From Eledone cirrhosa (lineage: Eukaryota), in assembly GCA_964016885.1 (NCBI GenBank), contig OZ024760.1, positions 2,604,001 through 2,668,000 on the forward strand: DNA of 64,000 nt, given 5' to 3'. Position 1 is the stretch's first letter. The number at the start of each line of letters is the position of its first letter. Positions 27,846 through 42,229 of this stretch are shown here, piece by piece. Made by a program: the position numbers and the translations under genes. The notes beneath the pieces were generated by a model. That model searched no databases. It was not told the DNA's origin and was given only the letters and a program-made list of their open reading frames with translations.

Positions 27846-28225
27846 TCATCATCATCATCATCATCGTTTAGCGTCCATGTTCCACGCTTGCATGGGTTTG
27901 GACGGGAGATTTCCCACTTGAGGCAAGAGTGGTTGTCTTGCTCACATAGGACTGTCTGGCGGGTTTTCTACAGCTGGATGCCCTTCCTAACACCAACCAC
28001 ATTTACAGTGTGGGGCTGGGAGGTTTTTACCGTGTTGCCTACACGCTCACATTACAGCGTGGACTGTGTTTTTTTTTGTCGTGACACCTACACGATCTCA
28101 TTTGTTTCGGCCTGGATGTTGTGGCACCAACATAACTTTACATTGAAAGGGGCGGTGTGGATGGGGTGGGGGTGGTGGGACGGGGGTGTATTTTGTTAGA
28201 GATGCCTACTGACTGTAGTAGGTTT
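27846..28225 (-). mobile_element. Solo RTE 3' UTR copy
   Basis: Reverse complement of 24240-24730 without the internal duplication; (GAT)n tail. Confidence 0.8.
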
Positions 28226-28629
28226 TATATATATACAGAGAGAGAGAAAGAGAGAGAGAGAGAGAAGGTGAAGTTGGAAATAGCACGGAAAATATATTTT
28301 AGGGTCTGTTTTTCTTTTGTTTTCCTTTCTTTGATTCGTCAAAGTGACATTAATAAGAGGGACAATTTTTTTCCAAAAAGTGTTTTATAATGTATATAAA
28401 GTATATAAAGTATTAATGGTTTCGACATATTATCAAAGTTCATCTTATAATTAAAACGAACAAATAAGAATTAAAAACTAAAATTTAAAGATTTAAAACT
28501 AAGAAGTAAGTTTTTTTCATCTTTCTTGTTGAGACGGCGACTGGAAAATGAACTCTTGTGTATAGAGAGAGGGGTGTGGTCATGATAGTAGTAGCAGCAG
28601 CAGTGTTGGTAGGTGTGTGTGTGTGCATG

Positions 28630-28660
<31 letters not shown>

Positions 28661-29062
28661 TGAGAGAGAGTGAGAGAGAGACGGACAGACAGACAAAGTG
28701 AGAGAGAAAGAGATTAATGCATATCAACAAAAAATATCTACACAATCAAATTGGCCAACAGAAACGAAATGCTTTGTCGTGAATTTTTTCTCCATTTGTA
28801 TATTTGGAATGAACATGGAAGTTGCTTTCTAGATTTTTTTAAATATAATTTTATTTTCCTGCACGTTAGTAAGTAAATGCACCTAATATACAGCAGAGAC
28901 AATTTTTTCTTCATCTTTGCCACTTATTTTCCTCAAATTCTTCATATATTTTAGCTTGTTCATGTTTTGTTCAAGCACTTTAATACTTTGAGATTATATG
29001 TATGTAATATAATAAATTGGATAATAGATATACTTTCAGAGTAATACAGAAGAAAAAAAATC

Positions 29063-29101
<39 letters not shown>

Positions 29102-29703
29102 TTACATACAAACATGTATATTATGTATTTATATGTAAATGTATATATGTGTAACATATGTTAGAAAATGTTCTATACAGATCACATCATATAAGGAAAA
29201 TGATTTTAAAAAAGGGTTTGAAAAGCACACCTGGTATATATAAAAATAATCTTTATAACATGTACGAAAATTGATGTTAGCAAAGCCTGCTTTCTCCATT
29301 TTGGATCATGAAAACATTTGTTATTAGGTTTAATTGTTTTTTTCTCATTAAAACTCCTGCAAGCTGATTCTTGACTGTTGACTGCATATATGCATATAAA
29401 TACATATACACATACATATATATATATATATATATACAATATCAATAAATGGAAAATATCTTTATAAACCATATTTATTTCATTATACGTATTTCAAGGG
29501 TACTAATATTTAAGTACAGATAAAATATAATAATTGGTGTTAAGATAGTGAGATATCTACAAAACGGTATTTTCCAGTAATTAATATTATTGCTATTAAC
29601 GATATTCCTTAAAAAACTGTTGAGTGCTTCTAATCTGTTGTAAAACTAACTTTGTTGAATAATGAACAAACCAAATAACTCATTGTTTATATATATATAT
29701 ATA

Positions 29704-29925
29704 TAAGAGATGTCAACATGAATGGACCTGTTATTTCTATCTAAAGACATTTTTTCCAATTCCATCCCGCCCGTCCCTTCGATCTATCTTATTTCTCATT
29801 CTTTCTTATGATGAAGGACTAGCATCCGAAACGTTAAGACCCTCTTCCTGCTATATCAAGCGTTAACCTAATATAACCCTTCCATATACTGTACCGATTG
29901 TGTTGTTATTTCTGTTTACCTTTTA
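29704..29925 (+). mobile_element. Penelope-like pLTR fragment (family P3) between TA tracts
   Basis: Homologous to 55928-56150 (-) and 48030-48140 (-); degenerate hammerhead TCTT-ATGATGA-A-GGA-CTAGCA-TCC-GAAA-CGTT-AAGA at 29804-29839. Confidence 0.6.
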
Positions 29926-30015
29926 CATATATATGTGTGTGTGTGTGTGAGTGTATATATATATACATATAAACATATATATATATATACACATATAAAC
30001 ATACATATATACATA

Positions 30016-30061
<46 letters not shown>

Positions 30062-30128
30062 AACCTACATATATAGATACATACATATATATATATATGA
30101 AACATATATTATATATACATATATATAT

Positions 30129-30715
30129 ATGAATTAGTTTTGCGAGGTTTTTGATATGAAATCGCGTGTCAAAACAAATATTGTTATACTTGGGGAGGGT
30201 CATATTGTTGTAATAATGTTGCCAGAATTAATAACAGAACACACTCACTGTTTGTTTGGTTTTCACTTGTGTGTCTTTTATATCGGTTAATTTAATTTAT
30301 TCGGTCCTCAATGTTACCATTGACTGACCAACAGTCAAAACTACAGATACAATATAGACACAAACACATATATATAGTCTAACAAAGTTCTTTCGTTGCA
30401 CATCTGCAACATCGTCAGTGGTGCTATTATGTTTCCTCCCATTGCATTGTATGCCTACACCATCTTTATTTAGTCTGAGACTATGCAGATGGGCAACGAA
30501 AGAACTTTGTTAGACTATATATATGTGTTTGTGTCTATATTGTATCTGTATTTTTGACCGTTGGTCAGTCAATGGTAACATTGAGGACCAAATAAATTAA
30601 ATTAACCGATATAAAAGACACAGAAGTGAAAAACCAACCAAACAGTGAGTGTGTTCTGTTATTAATTCTGGCAATATTATTACACAAATATGACCCTCCC
30701 CAAGTATAACAATAT
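30129..30715. mobile_element. Fold-back Penelope-like pLTR element (family P2)
   Basis: Arms 30178-30408 and 30484-30715 (~230 bp), 75-nt spacer, ~50-bp one-sided tail 30129-30177, TA tracts on both sides. Confidence 0.75.
30379..30428 (-). ncRNA. Hammerhead ribozyme motif (P2)
   Basis: ATAGCACCA-CTGACGA-T-GTTGCA-GATG-TGCAAC-GAAA-GAAC-TT-TGTTAG. Confidence 0.65.
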
Positions 30716-30854
30716 ATATATATATATATAAACAAATATATATATATGTTATATAAGAAAATACCTAAGAGTAAACAGAAGAAAAAGATCCTCTCTCCAT
30801 ATTAACAGTGAGTAAAATTGTTATTGACAGCTGTTAAGTTAATGATCAATATAA

Positions 30855-31960
30855 GTATTATCTTATATGTATTTATATAGTATATCTTATATGTATTTAT
30901 ATGTATTTATATAGTATATCTTATATGTATTTATATAGTATATCTTATATGTATTTATATGTATTTATATAGTATATCTTATATGTATTTATATAGTATA
31001 TCTTATATGTATTTATATGTATTTATATAGTATATTTTATATGTATTTATGTGTATTTATATAGTATATCTTATATGTATTTATATAGTATATCTTATAT
31101 GTATTTATATGTATTTATATAGTACATCTTATATGTATTTATATGTATTTATATAGTATATCTTATATGTATTTATATGTATTTATATAGTATATCTTAT
31201 ATGTATTTATGTGTATTTATATAGTATATCTTATATGTATTTATGTGTATTTATATAGTATATCTTATATGTATTTATATGTATTTATATAGTATATCTT
31301 ATATGTATTTATATGTATTTATATAGTACATCTTATATGTATTTATATGTATTTATATAGTATATCTTATATGTATTTATATGTATTTATATAATACATC
31401 TTATATGTATTTATATGTATTTATATAGTACATCTTATATGTATTTATATGTATTTATATAGTACATCTTATATGTATTTATATAGTATATCTTATATGT
31501 ATTTATATGTATTTATATAGTATATCTTATATGTATTTATATAGTATATCTTATATGTATTTATATGTATTTATAGTATATCTTATATGTATTTATATAG
31601 TATATCTTATATGTATTTATATAGTATATCTTATATGTATTTATATGTATTTATATAGTATATCTTATATGTATTTATATAGTATATCTTATATGTATTT
31701 ATATGTTTTATATAGTATATCTTATATGTATTTATATAGTATATCTTATATGTATTTATATAGTATATCTTATATGTATTTATATAGTATATCTTATATG
31801 TATTTATATAGTATATCTTATATGTATTTATATAGTATATCTTATATGTATTTATATGTATTTATATAGTATATCTTATATGTATTTATATAGTATATAT
31901 ATGTATTTATATAGTATATCTTATATGTATTTATATAGTATATCTTATATGTATTTATGT
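30855..31960. repeat. 24/34-bp AT-rich minisatellite
   Basis: TATATAGTATATCTTATATGTATT with an optional extra TATATGTATT. Confidence 0.95.
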
Positions 31961-32409
31961 TTATATAATCATATAAATATTAGGTTATAAAACACATATA
32001 GAAGTTGAACATTATATTTATATATATAGCCATGCTTTGTAACAAAGAGTTACGGCCATTTATGGTTTGAGTTCAAATCCCGCCGAGGTTAACTTTGCCT
32101 TTCACCCTTACGGGGTCGATAAAATAAAGTACCAGTAATACACTGGGATAATTGCTGGCCTTGTGCCAAAAGTAGAAACAATTATATTTATATATATATA
32201 TACACATCTCTCTTTCTCTCTCTCAGTCTCTCTATATATGTGTATATATATATATATACACACACACGCATATATATATATATACTCTTTTACCTGTTCC
32301 AGCCATCCAGCTGAGGCCATGGCTGGGGCACCACCCTTATATATAGCATCATCATCGTTTAACATCCATCTTCCGCGCTAGCATGGGTTAGACAGTTTTG
32401 TTCCATTTG

Positions 32410-32433
32410 AGAGGGAGAGGTAGAGAGATAACT

Positions 32434-32464
<31 letters not shown>

Positions 32465-32742
32465 CAGACAGACAAAGTGAGAGAGAGAGAGAGTGAAGAG
32501 AGAGAGAGAGAGAGAGAGAGATAGCGAGAGAAACAGAGAGAACACGACAGAAAGAGAGAAAACGACAGAAAGAGGGAGGGAGAGAGAAATAGACAGAGAG
32601 ATAGAGAGAGAAAAAACGACAGAAAGAGAGAGGGAGAGAGAAATAGACAAAGGGAGAGTGAGAGAGAGAGAGGGGGGGGGAGAAAACGACGGAGAGAGAG
32701 AGAGAGAGAGAGAAAACGACGGAGAGAGAGAGAGAGAAAACG

Positions 32743-32828
<86 letters not shown>

Positions 32829-32902
32829 GGAGGGGGGGGGAGTGGTGGGGATGGGGAGGGAGAGAGATAGAGGGGGGAGATAGAGAGAGAGAGAAAGAGA
32901 GA

Positions 32903-32942
<40 letters not shown>

Positions 32943-32948
32943 GAGATG

Positions 32949-32979
<31 letters not shown>

Positions 32980-33260
32980 GGGGGAGAGAGAGAGAGAGGA
33001 GGGGGAGAGAGAGAGGGGGAGAGAGAGAGGGGAGAGAGAGAGAGAGGGGGGAGAGAGAGAGAGGGGGAGAGAGAGAGAGAGAGGGAGAGAGAGAGAGGGA
33101 GAGAGGGAGAGAGAGGGAGAGAGGGAGAGAGAGGGGAGAGAGGGGGAGAGATAGAGAGATAGAGAGAGGGAGATGAGAGAGGGAGGGAGAGGAGAGATAG
33201 AGAGAGGGAGAGAGAGGGAGAGATAGAGAGAGGGAGAGAGAGAGGGAGAGAGAGAAAGAA
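32410..33260. repeat. (GA)n polypurine tract
   Basis: Directly visible. Confidence 0.95.
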
Positions 33261-33389
33261 CAAACAGGAAATATTGTCAATCCACTTTACAAAGTCAACT
33301 GAAGTTTGCAATTAAAATCCTTAACCCTTTCCCTGTCTAATTACTTTCTTGTGATTAGTGCCTGTAATTATTGTTGAATGGTCGCACAC

Positions 33390-33400
33390 ACTGACACCTG

Positions 33401-33431
<31 letters not shown>

Positions 33432-34060
33432 ACATGCACACACACATACATACACACACACATGTACACTGACACACACCTGCACAAACATATACATGCC
33501 CACACATACACATGCACACACACACACACATGCTGACATACATGCACACATGCACACACACACATACATACACACACACATGTACACTGACACACACCTG
33601 CACAAACATACATGCCCACACATACACATGCACATGCACACACATGCTGACATACATGCACACATGCACACACACACACATACATACACACACACATGTA
33701 CACTGACACACACCTGCACAAACATATACATGCCCACACAATAACATGCACACGCACACACACACGCTGACATGCATGCACACATGCACACACACACACA
33801 CACATGCATACACACACACATGTACACTGACACACACCTGCACAAACATACACATGCCCACACATACACACATACACACACATACACACACACATACATG
33901 TATACATACATGTATACATACATGCACACACATACATTTACATGCACACACATACATGCAACATGTATACATGCATACATACATGCACATGCACACACAT
34001 GCAGATGTGCATACATGCATGCACATATATACACATGCACACATATATGCAAATACCCAC
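33390..34060. repeat. (CA)n-derived compound repeat with ~120-bp higher-order unit
   Basis: Recurring CATGTACACTGACACACACCTGCACAAACATA at ~33461, 33579, 33695, 33819. Confidence 0.9.
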
Positions 34061-34559
34061 ACAGGTGCACAAATAAAAACAGAGAGAGTGTGATGCGTGA
34101 GAAAGTTGTGAGAAGATGTCTAAAGGGAGGTAATAAAACTGATACAAAGACACAAAAACAGTTAAATCATTCAGTTGCTGTCTTCGAAATTATGTAATTT
34201 GTTCATTCTGTATTCTCTTAACATCCTCTTGTTTATCAAACACTTGATAACGCCTACCTGTAGTTAGTTAGAACATTTAAAAGTGTCTTTCGTTCGACAT
34301 TTGAAGTTCGCTGTTTGCACCTTTACTGATACAGTTTACCTGTAATTAGTTAGACCTTTTAAAAGTGACTTTCGTTCAACATCAGGGGATTCAGCATGAC
34401 ACACCGTGTGAAAAAGGTGACCCATTGAATTACTGGTACAGTCCATCTCGTATTAGGAGTGGCTGGGTATTCTACTGACATATGTAGCATAACATAATTC
34501 TCAGGGAGATTCTCTGGAAGAAATCAGCTTTATTTAGATCTGTAGAAGGATGGGTTTCA

Positions 34560-35905
34560 GCAGATTTAAATGCCCAACAGTAGCCCTACAACTCCATCTA
34601 GAGTTCAAGTCCCATAGCATGGTATACCATTAGCAAAACATTTTTGAAACGTTCAAAACATTTTCAAGACATTTTTGACTGCATCACATTAAATATTAGT
34701 CCTTACGATAATTTACTGCAAATATTCATAATGATGCAAATGTTATAAAGACACCACAATAAACATTAAACATTTTAATTAACAAACCAGAAGAAACAAC
34801 ATTAGCAAGACATTCTGCAAAGTTCGAGCCAGCAATATGTCTGCTACATATAACTCTAATATTGTTAATTCCTACAACAATCCGTCCACTAGTAAAGATT
34901 CTATAAATATTTGAATTAAGAAACCACATTAGCAAGATATTCTAGAAAAGAATAAAACAATACTATGACTGCATCACATTAGAAATTAAAGTCTTTAGTT
35001 TACAGTAAATTTCTGTCCACAGTCAACAATCTGTCCACTAACAGAGACACTATAAACATTTGAATTAACAAACCACATGAATCAACATTACCAATACATT
35101 TTGAAAAATACAAAACTACTGTGACTGCTGCACATTATATATTAAATTCTGGGGAGGTAGATTAGCAGTATCAGTAGAGAGTCGGACGCCATGTTTTGCA
35201 GCAAAGAGTTATGCCCCTTTATGGTCTGAGTTCAAATCCCGTCGAGGTTAACTTTGCCTTTCATCATTACAGAGTCGATAAAATAAAGTACCAGTAATGC
35301 ACTGGGGTAATTGCTGGCCTTGTGCCAAAAGTAGAAACAATTACATATTAAATTCTTCATTTTAGTTTACTGCAGATTTTCACGTTTTGTTCACTCACAA
35401 AGATACTATGAACATTTGAAATAACAAACCACATGAAACCACTCTAGCAAGACATTCTAGAAAAATACAAAACAGCACTGTCACTACATCACATTAAAAC
35501 TTATAGCCTTTAGTTAACAGTAACCTTTGGCACCGATCTCTCCACTAACAAAGATTTAAATACTCAACAGTACCCCTACAATTCCATCTGGAGTTAAAGT
35601 GCCATAGTATGGCATACCATGGTTGGGTACATTAGCAAAACATTTTATCGGCATCATATTAAATATTAGTCTTTACGTTAATTTACTGCAAATTTCCATA
35701 ACAATCTAGCCACTTATAAAGAAACCACTATAAACAATTGAATTAACAAATCAGAAGAAACCACACTAGCAAGACATTCTAGAAAAATACAAAACAATAC
35801 TATGACTGCATCACATTAAAACTTTTAGTCTTTAGTTAACAGTAAACTTTGGCACCGATCTCTCCACTAACAAACAATGCTAGAAACATTTTGAATTAAC
35901 AAACC
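34560..35905. repeat. Old diverged ~150-bp tandem repeat
   Basis: Recurring GACTGCATCACATTAAA...TTGAATTAACAAACC...AGCAAGACATTCTAGAAAA; 34563-34630 is repeated at 35553-35620. Confidence 0.7.
35150..35345 (+). mobile_element. Family-A SINE with target-site duplication
   Basis: Full SINE body flanked by ATATTAAATTCT on both sides. Confidence 0.85.
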
Positions 35906-36356
35906 CTATTTTAAAATATTTATTGCTAAATCATTACAGGATATTAAGAGTTAAACAAATTGTTAGAATTCCCGGTACGAAGTTGGAAAGACTTATTGTT
36001 AATAAACCAATGACTATTATTGAAGTTATGATAATATGTGAGCTCAAAGAAAAGTCATGAAGTTCTCTCTGGAGAAAATATTACTTAAATTACAGACCAT
36101 TGTAAATTCAATTAGGTGATACACCAGACAGAAATTTAATTAGATGTCAATGGTGAATGGCTTTGTTTTAAATATGGAATGGCAGCAGTTCTGTTTTCTA
36201 AACATTTCCTATGATATTGTCCTAAACCTCTGTAGAAGTAATATTTATCTAAATAACTTTTTAACAAAAACGTCATTTCCTATACAAACCTTTGAGCCTA
36301 ATTTATATAAAATATGTTGCAAATCCAATTCTCTAACAACTCAGCCAGGCACCTTC

Positions 36357-36615
36357 ACAACAGGAGGAAACAATAGCACCACTGATGATGTTGCAGATGT
36401 GCAACGAAAGATTTATGATAAACTATATATATGTGTTTGTGTCTATATTGAATCTGTATTATTTTGACCATCGGTCAGTCAATGGCAACATTGAGGACCG
36501 AGTATATTAGATTACCGATATAAAGGACACAGAAGCGAAAAGCGAAAACCAACCAAACAGTGAGTGTGTTCTGTTATTAATTCTGGCAATATTACACAAA
36601 TATGACCCTCCCCAA

Positions 36616-36618
<3 letters not shown>
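36357..36618 (+). mobile_element. Family P2 pLTR copy ending in (TA)n
   Basis: Matches 30484-30715 directly; includes the hammerhead. Confidence 0.7.
36373..36426 (+). ncRNA. Hammerhead ribozyme motif (P2)
   Basis: CTGATGA 36382-36388, T, GTTGCA/TGCAAC stem II, GAAA 36406-36409, GATT, TA; stem I interrupted (CA/TG plus ATAG/CTAT). Confidence 0.65.
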
Positions 36619-36655
<37 letters not shown>

Positions 36656-36703
36656 ATATATATATATATAATATATATATAATATATATATATATAATAT
36701 ATC

Positions 36704-37070
36704 ACCGGATTCATACGGAACCCGGTCATTGAAATGATCATAGTATAATAAACCTTTCAAGGATTTGAGAAACAAAATGGCGTAGGACAGAACAAAGGAG
36801 AGTCACAGAAACAAAGAAAGGAATTCCCAGTCACTGAAGAGGTCACAGAGTGTGTGACGAAAGAACTATGACTATATATAAACAACTATCTGGTTGTGGA
36901 ACCAACCAACCAGAAATTTATAAATTTATAAATTTATTATAATAAATTGAAGTGAAAGCAACTGGTGCGTGTGTTTCTTATGGGCAACATGACCCTCCCA
37001 AAGTATAACAATATCAGTTTCAACACACAATTTCAGATAAAGAATCTTGCTAAACAAATTCAGAAACGAA
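36704..37070 (+). mobile_element. Diverged P2-related pLTR between TA tracts
   Basis: Shares GAAAGAACT..GACTATATATA, ATGACCCTCCC.AAGTATAACAATAT and a tail homologous to 30129-30177. Confidence 0.65.
36829..36873 (+). ncRNA. Minimal type I hammerhead ribozyme motif
   Basis: AGTCA-CTGAAGA-G-GTCACA-GAGTG-TGTGAC-GAAA-GAAC-TA-TGACT: perfect 5-bp stem I and 6-bp stem II. Confidence 0.8.
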
Positions 37071-37108
<38 letters not shown>

Positions 37109-37155
37109 ATAATATATATATATATATATAATATATATAATATATATATATATAT

Positions 37156-37190
<35 letters not shown>

Positions 37191-37444
37191 ATATATATAT
37201 ATATATATAATATATATATATATATATAATATAGATAATATATATATATATAATATATATAATATATATAATATATATATATATATATAATATATATATA
37301 TATATATAATATATATAATATATATATATATATATAATATATATAATATATATATATATATATAATATATATAATATATATATATATAATATATATAAAT
37401 ATAATATATATAATATATATATATATATATAATATATATAATAT

Positions 37445-37476
<32 letters not shown>

Positions 37477-37944
37477 ATATATATATAATATATATATATA
37501 TATAATATATATATATATAATATATATATATATATAATATATATATATATAATATATATATATAATATATATAATATATATATATATAATATATATATAT
37601 ATAATGTATATATATAATATATATATATATAATATATATTATATATATATAATATATATATATATAATATATATAATATATATATATATATATAATATAT
37701 ATAATATATATATATATGTATTATATATATATAATATATATATATATAATATATATATATATAATATATATAATATATATATATAATATATATTATATAT
37801 ATATAATATATATATATATAATATATATAATATATATATATAATATATATATATATAATATATATATATATATATAATATATATATAATATATATATATA
37901 TAATATATATAATATATATATATATATATTATATATATATATAT

Positions 37945-37990
<46 letters not shown>

Positions 37991-38093
37991 TATATATAAT
38001 ATATATAAATATAATATATATATTATATATATATTATATATATATATATATATAATATATATATATATAATATATATAATATATATATATATA

Positions 38094-38134
<41 letters not shown>

Positions 38135-38167
38135 TAATATATAATATATATAATATATATATATATA

Positions 38168-38199
<32 letters not shown>

Positions 38200-38371
38200 A
38201 TATATATATATATAATATATATATATATAATATATATAATATATATATATAATATATATAATATATATATATATATATAATATATATAATATATATATAT
38301 ATAATATATATATATAATATATATATATATATAATATATATATATATATATAATATATATATATAATATAT

Positions 38372-38445
<74 letters not shown>

Positions 38446-38491
38446 ATATATATAATATATATATATAATATATATAATATATATAATATAT

Positions 38492-38526
<35 letters not shown>
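37071..38526. repeat. ~1.45 kb (TA)n/TATAA array ending at an assembly gap
   Basis: Directly visible. Confidence 0.95.
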
Positions 38527-38726
38527 NNNNNNNNNNNNNNNNNNNNNNNNNNNNNNNNNNNNNNNNNNNNNNNNNNNNNNNNNNNNNNNNNNNNNNNNNN
38601 NNNNNNNNNNNNNNNNNNNNNNNNNNNNNNNNNNNNNNNNNNNNNNNNNNNNNNNNNNNNNNNNNNNNNNNNNNNNNNNNNNNNNNNNNNNNNNNNNNNN
38701 NNNNNNNNNNNNNNNNNNNNNNNNNN
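38527..38726. other. Assembly gap (200 N)
   Basis: Run of N; contiguity across it is not established. Confidence 1.
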
Positions 38727-38967
38727 GGACTTCTTCCTTGTTGAAAATCCAAGTACCGGCCTCCGTGGTTTACCATTCGATTAATTGGTGAAATATATTT
38801 CTTTAATGGAATATATACAGGGAAGATTAATCATATTATAAGGTATCTATTTTTGAAGTTCTGGTTAACTTTATTTAGTTACCTACCTAGCTATGTGTGC
38901 TTACACACTTGTAACAATTATCTCCTGTGATTATTCAGATTTATTTATATGTTAATCAATTTCTAGT

Positions 38968-39031
<64 letters not shown>

Positions 39032-39219
39032 CACATATATATAAAACGTCATCATAATTGTTTTTACATTCACTTTTCTGGTTTGGGCTGGAAGAGGAGG
39101 GTTTTGTGGTGATTGAAGTTGATGAGACTCTCTAGAAAATAACTATATTAGTCAAAAGACTTCTGATGTTAATGGTACATGCAATAACAGACAGGAATAG
39201 CAGCAATACATCGGATAAA

Positions 39220-40810
39220 TATTGGCTATATATGTTAGTTATATATATTTTAACTATATATTTTGGTTATATAAGTTTGCTATATATATATGTTAACTAC
39301 ATATATTTTGGTTATATAAGTTTGCTATATAGATGTTAACTACATATATTTTGGTTATATAAGTTAGCTATATATATTTTAACTATATATTTTGGTTATA
39401 TAAGTTAGCTATATATATATTTTAACTATATATTTTGGTTATATAAGTTAGTTATATATATTTAAACTATATATTTTAGTTATATAAGTTATCTATATAT
39501 ATTTTGGTTATACAAGTTTGCTATATATATTTTAACTATATATTTTGGTTATATAAATTAGTTATATATATTTTGGTTATATAAGTTAGTTATATATATG
39601 TTAACTACATATATTTTAGTTATATAAGTTATCTATATATATTTTGGTTATACAAGTTTGCTATATATATTTTAACTATATATTTTGGTTATATAAGTTA
39701 GTTATATATATTTTAACTATATATAATGGTTATATAATTTAGTTATATATATGTTAACTACATATATTTTGGTTATATAAGTTAGTTATATATATTTTAA
39801 CTATGTATAATGGTTATATAAGTTAGTTATATATATTTTAACTATATATAATGGTTATATAAGTTAGTTATATATATTTTAACTATATATAATGGTTATA
39901 TAAGTTAGTTATATATATTTTTGTTATATAAGTTATCGATATATATTTTAACTATATATTTTAGTTATATAAGTTAGTTATATATATATTTTAACCATAT
40001 ATTTTGGTTATATAAGTTAGTTATATATATTTTAACCATATATTTTGGTTATATAAGTTATCTATATATATTTTAACCATATATTTTGGTTATATAAGTT
40101 AGCTATATATATTTTAACCATATATTTTGGTTATATAAGTTAGCTATATATATTTTAACCATATATTTTGGTTATATAAGTTAGCTATATATATTTTAAC
40201 CATATATTTTCGTTATATAAGTTAGTTATATATATTTTAACCATATATTTTGGTTATATAAGTTAGCTATATATATTTTAACCATATATTTTGGTTATAT
40301 AAGTTAGTTATATATATTTTAACCATATATTTTGGTTATATAAGTTAGCTATATATATTTTACCCATATATTTTCGTTATATAAGTTAGCTATATATATT
40401 TTAACCATATATTTTGGTTATATAAGTTAGCTATATATATTTTAACCATATATTTTAGTTATATAAGTTAGTTATATATATTTTAACCATATATTTTGGT
40501 TATATAAGTTAGCTATATATATTTTAACCATATATTTTGGTTATATAAGTTAGTTATATATATTTTAACCATATATTTTGGTTATATAAGTTAGCTATAT
40601 ATATTTTAACCATATATTTTCGTTATATAAGTTAGCTATATATATTTTAACCATATATTTTGGTTATATAAGTTAGCTATATATATTTTAACCATATATT
40701 TTAGTTATATAAGTTAGTTATATATATTTTAACCATATATTTTGGTTATATAAGTTAGCTATATATATATTTTAACCATATATTTTTGTTATATAAGTTA
40801 TCTATATATG
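39220..40810. repeat. 41-43-bp AT-rich minisatellite
   Basis: TATATTTTGGTTATATAAGTTAGCTATATATATTTTAACCA. Confidence 0.95.
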
Positions 40811-41071
40811 TTCTTCTTCATCTTTTTCCTTCTCCTCCCCAGCGAAGCTCACATACACAGGGGTTATGTTGTTACATAACCAAGATAGACACATACACAA
40901 TCACACACATGCATACCCCCACACACATGTACACACACACACACACACACAGGTATATACACACACCTACATGCACACAGCTATAGGTTATATCATGGCG
41001 AAAATACATGTATTGTGAGAGTGCATAAATATATATATATGTATGTATATATACATACATATATATGTGTG

Positions 41072-41107
<36 letters not shown>

Positions 41108-41109
41108 CA

Positions 41110-41157
<48 letters not shown>

Positions 41158-41269
41158 TGTGTATATATATATATATACGTGTGTGTGTGTATATATATAT
41201 ATATATGTGTGTGTCTATGTGTATACATATATATATGTGTGTGTATATATATATACATATATATATGTA

Positions 41270-41312
<43 letters not shown>

Positions 41313-41324
41313 ATACACACACAT

Positions 41325-41499
41325 AAGGTTGTGAGTTCAATTCCTGGACCAAGCAATGCATTATGTCCTTGAGCAAGACACTTTATTTCACGTTGCTCCT
41401 TCTACCTGGAGTTGCGACCGATAGATAGTATTAGCAATTGAAAAGACCAACGGAAACATTGTTTCCTCGGTCCGATTTGACGAAAGTCGATCATTCCTA
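41325..41499 (+). mobile_element. SINE family B2, 5'-truncated
   Basis: B box GAGTTCAATTCC, TGTCCTTGAGCAAGACACTT; body matches 60058-60290 (-). Confidence 0.8.
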
Positions 41500-41533
41500 T
41501 CTCTATACACACACACACACACAGGTGTACACA

Positions 41534-41568
<35 letters not shown>

Positions 41569-41895
41569 ATGGGTTACGTCACGACTAAAATGTATTTCCC
41601 TTTAATCTGTTGCTATTGCTCAACATGGCTTTAAACTAGATCAATCGTAGCATTTCCAATAAGAGACAGTCTCACCTGTTAATATTTCCCCAAGGTGAAA
41701 TCTATAGCTGTTTATCCATAAACCAATACTTCAAAAGACATTCTATGATGCTGCAGCATATATCACTCATGTATATAACTAACACACATATATATATATA
41801 GGTAACATATATGCATATATACATATAGCTAACGCATATATATATGTGTGTGTGTTAGCTATATGTATATATACACATATATGTTAGCTATATAC

Positions 41896-41947
<52 letters not shown>

Positions 41948-41957
41948 ATTATATAGC

Positions 41958-41989
<32 letters not shown>

Positions 41990-42229
41990 ACATATATATA
42001 TATATATAATTAATATAATTATATATATATATATATAATTATATATATATATACATATATATATATGTATATATGTAACCAATGCTTTGAGAAAACAACA
42101 CCATACTTCAACACACAAGCAGGTAATACACACATTTAGGACCATATACAACAAAAGACAGACGAAATGGGTGGACAAATGAACTGTTGCCAGAACAAAA
42201 GATAACAATATCGTGGAAAACCTCTCTAA

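Noticed and set aside
28410-28450. Hammerhead-like remnant on the minus strand (AAGATGA...GTCGAAACCATTA)
   Set aside because: Two core mismatches and only short stems; indistinguishable from chance.
32388-34197. LS-, ER-, CV- and HT-rich ORFs
   Set aside because: Translations of (GA)n and (CA)n tracts.
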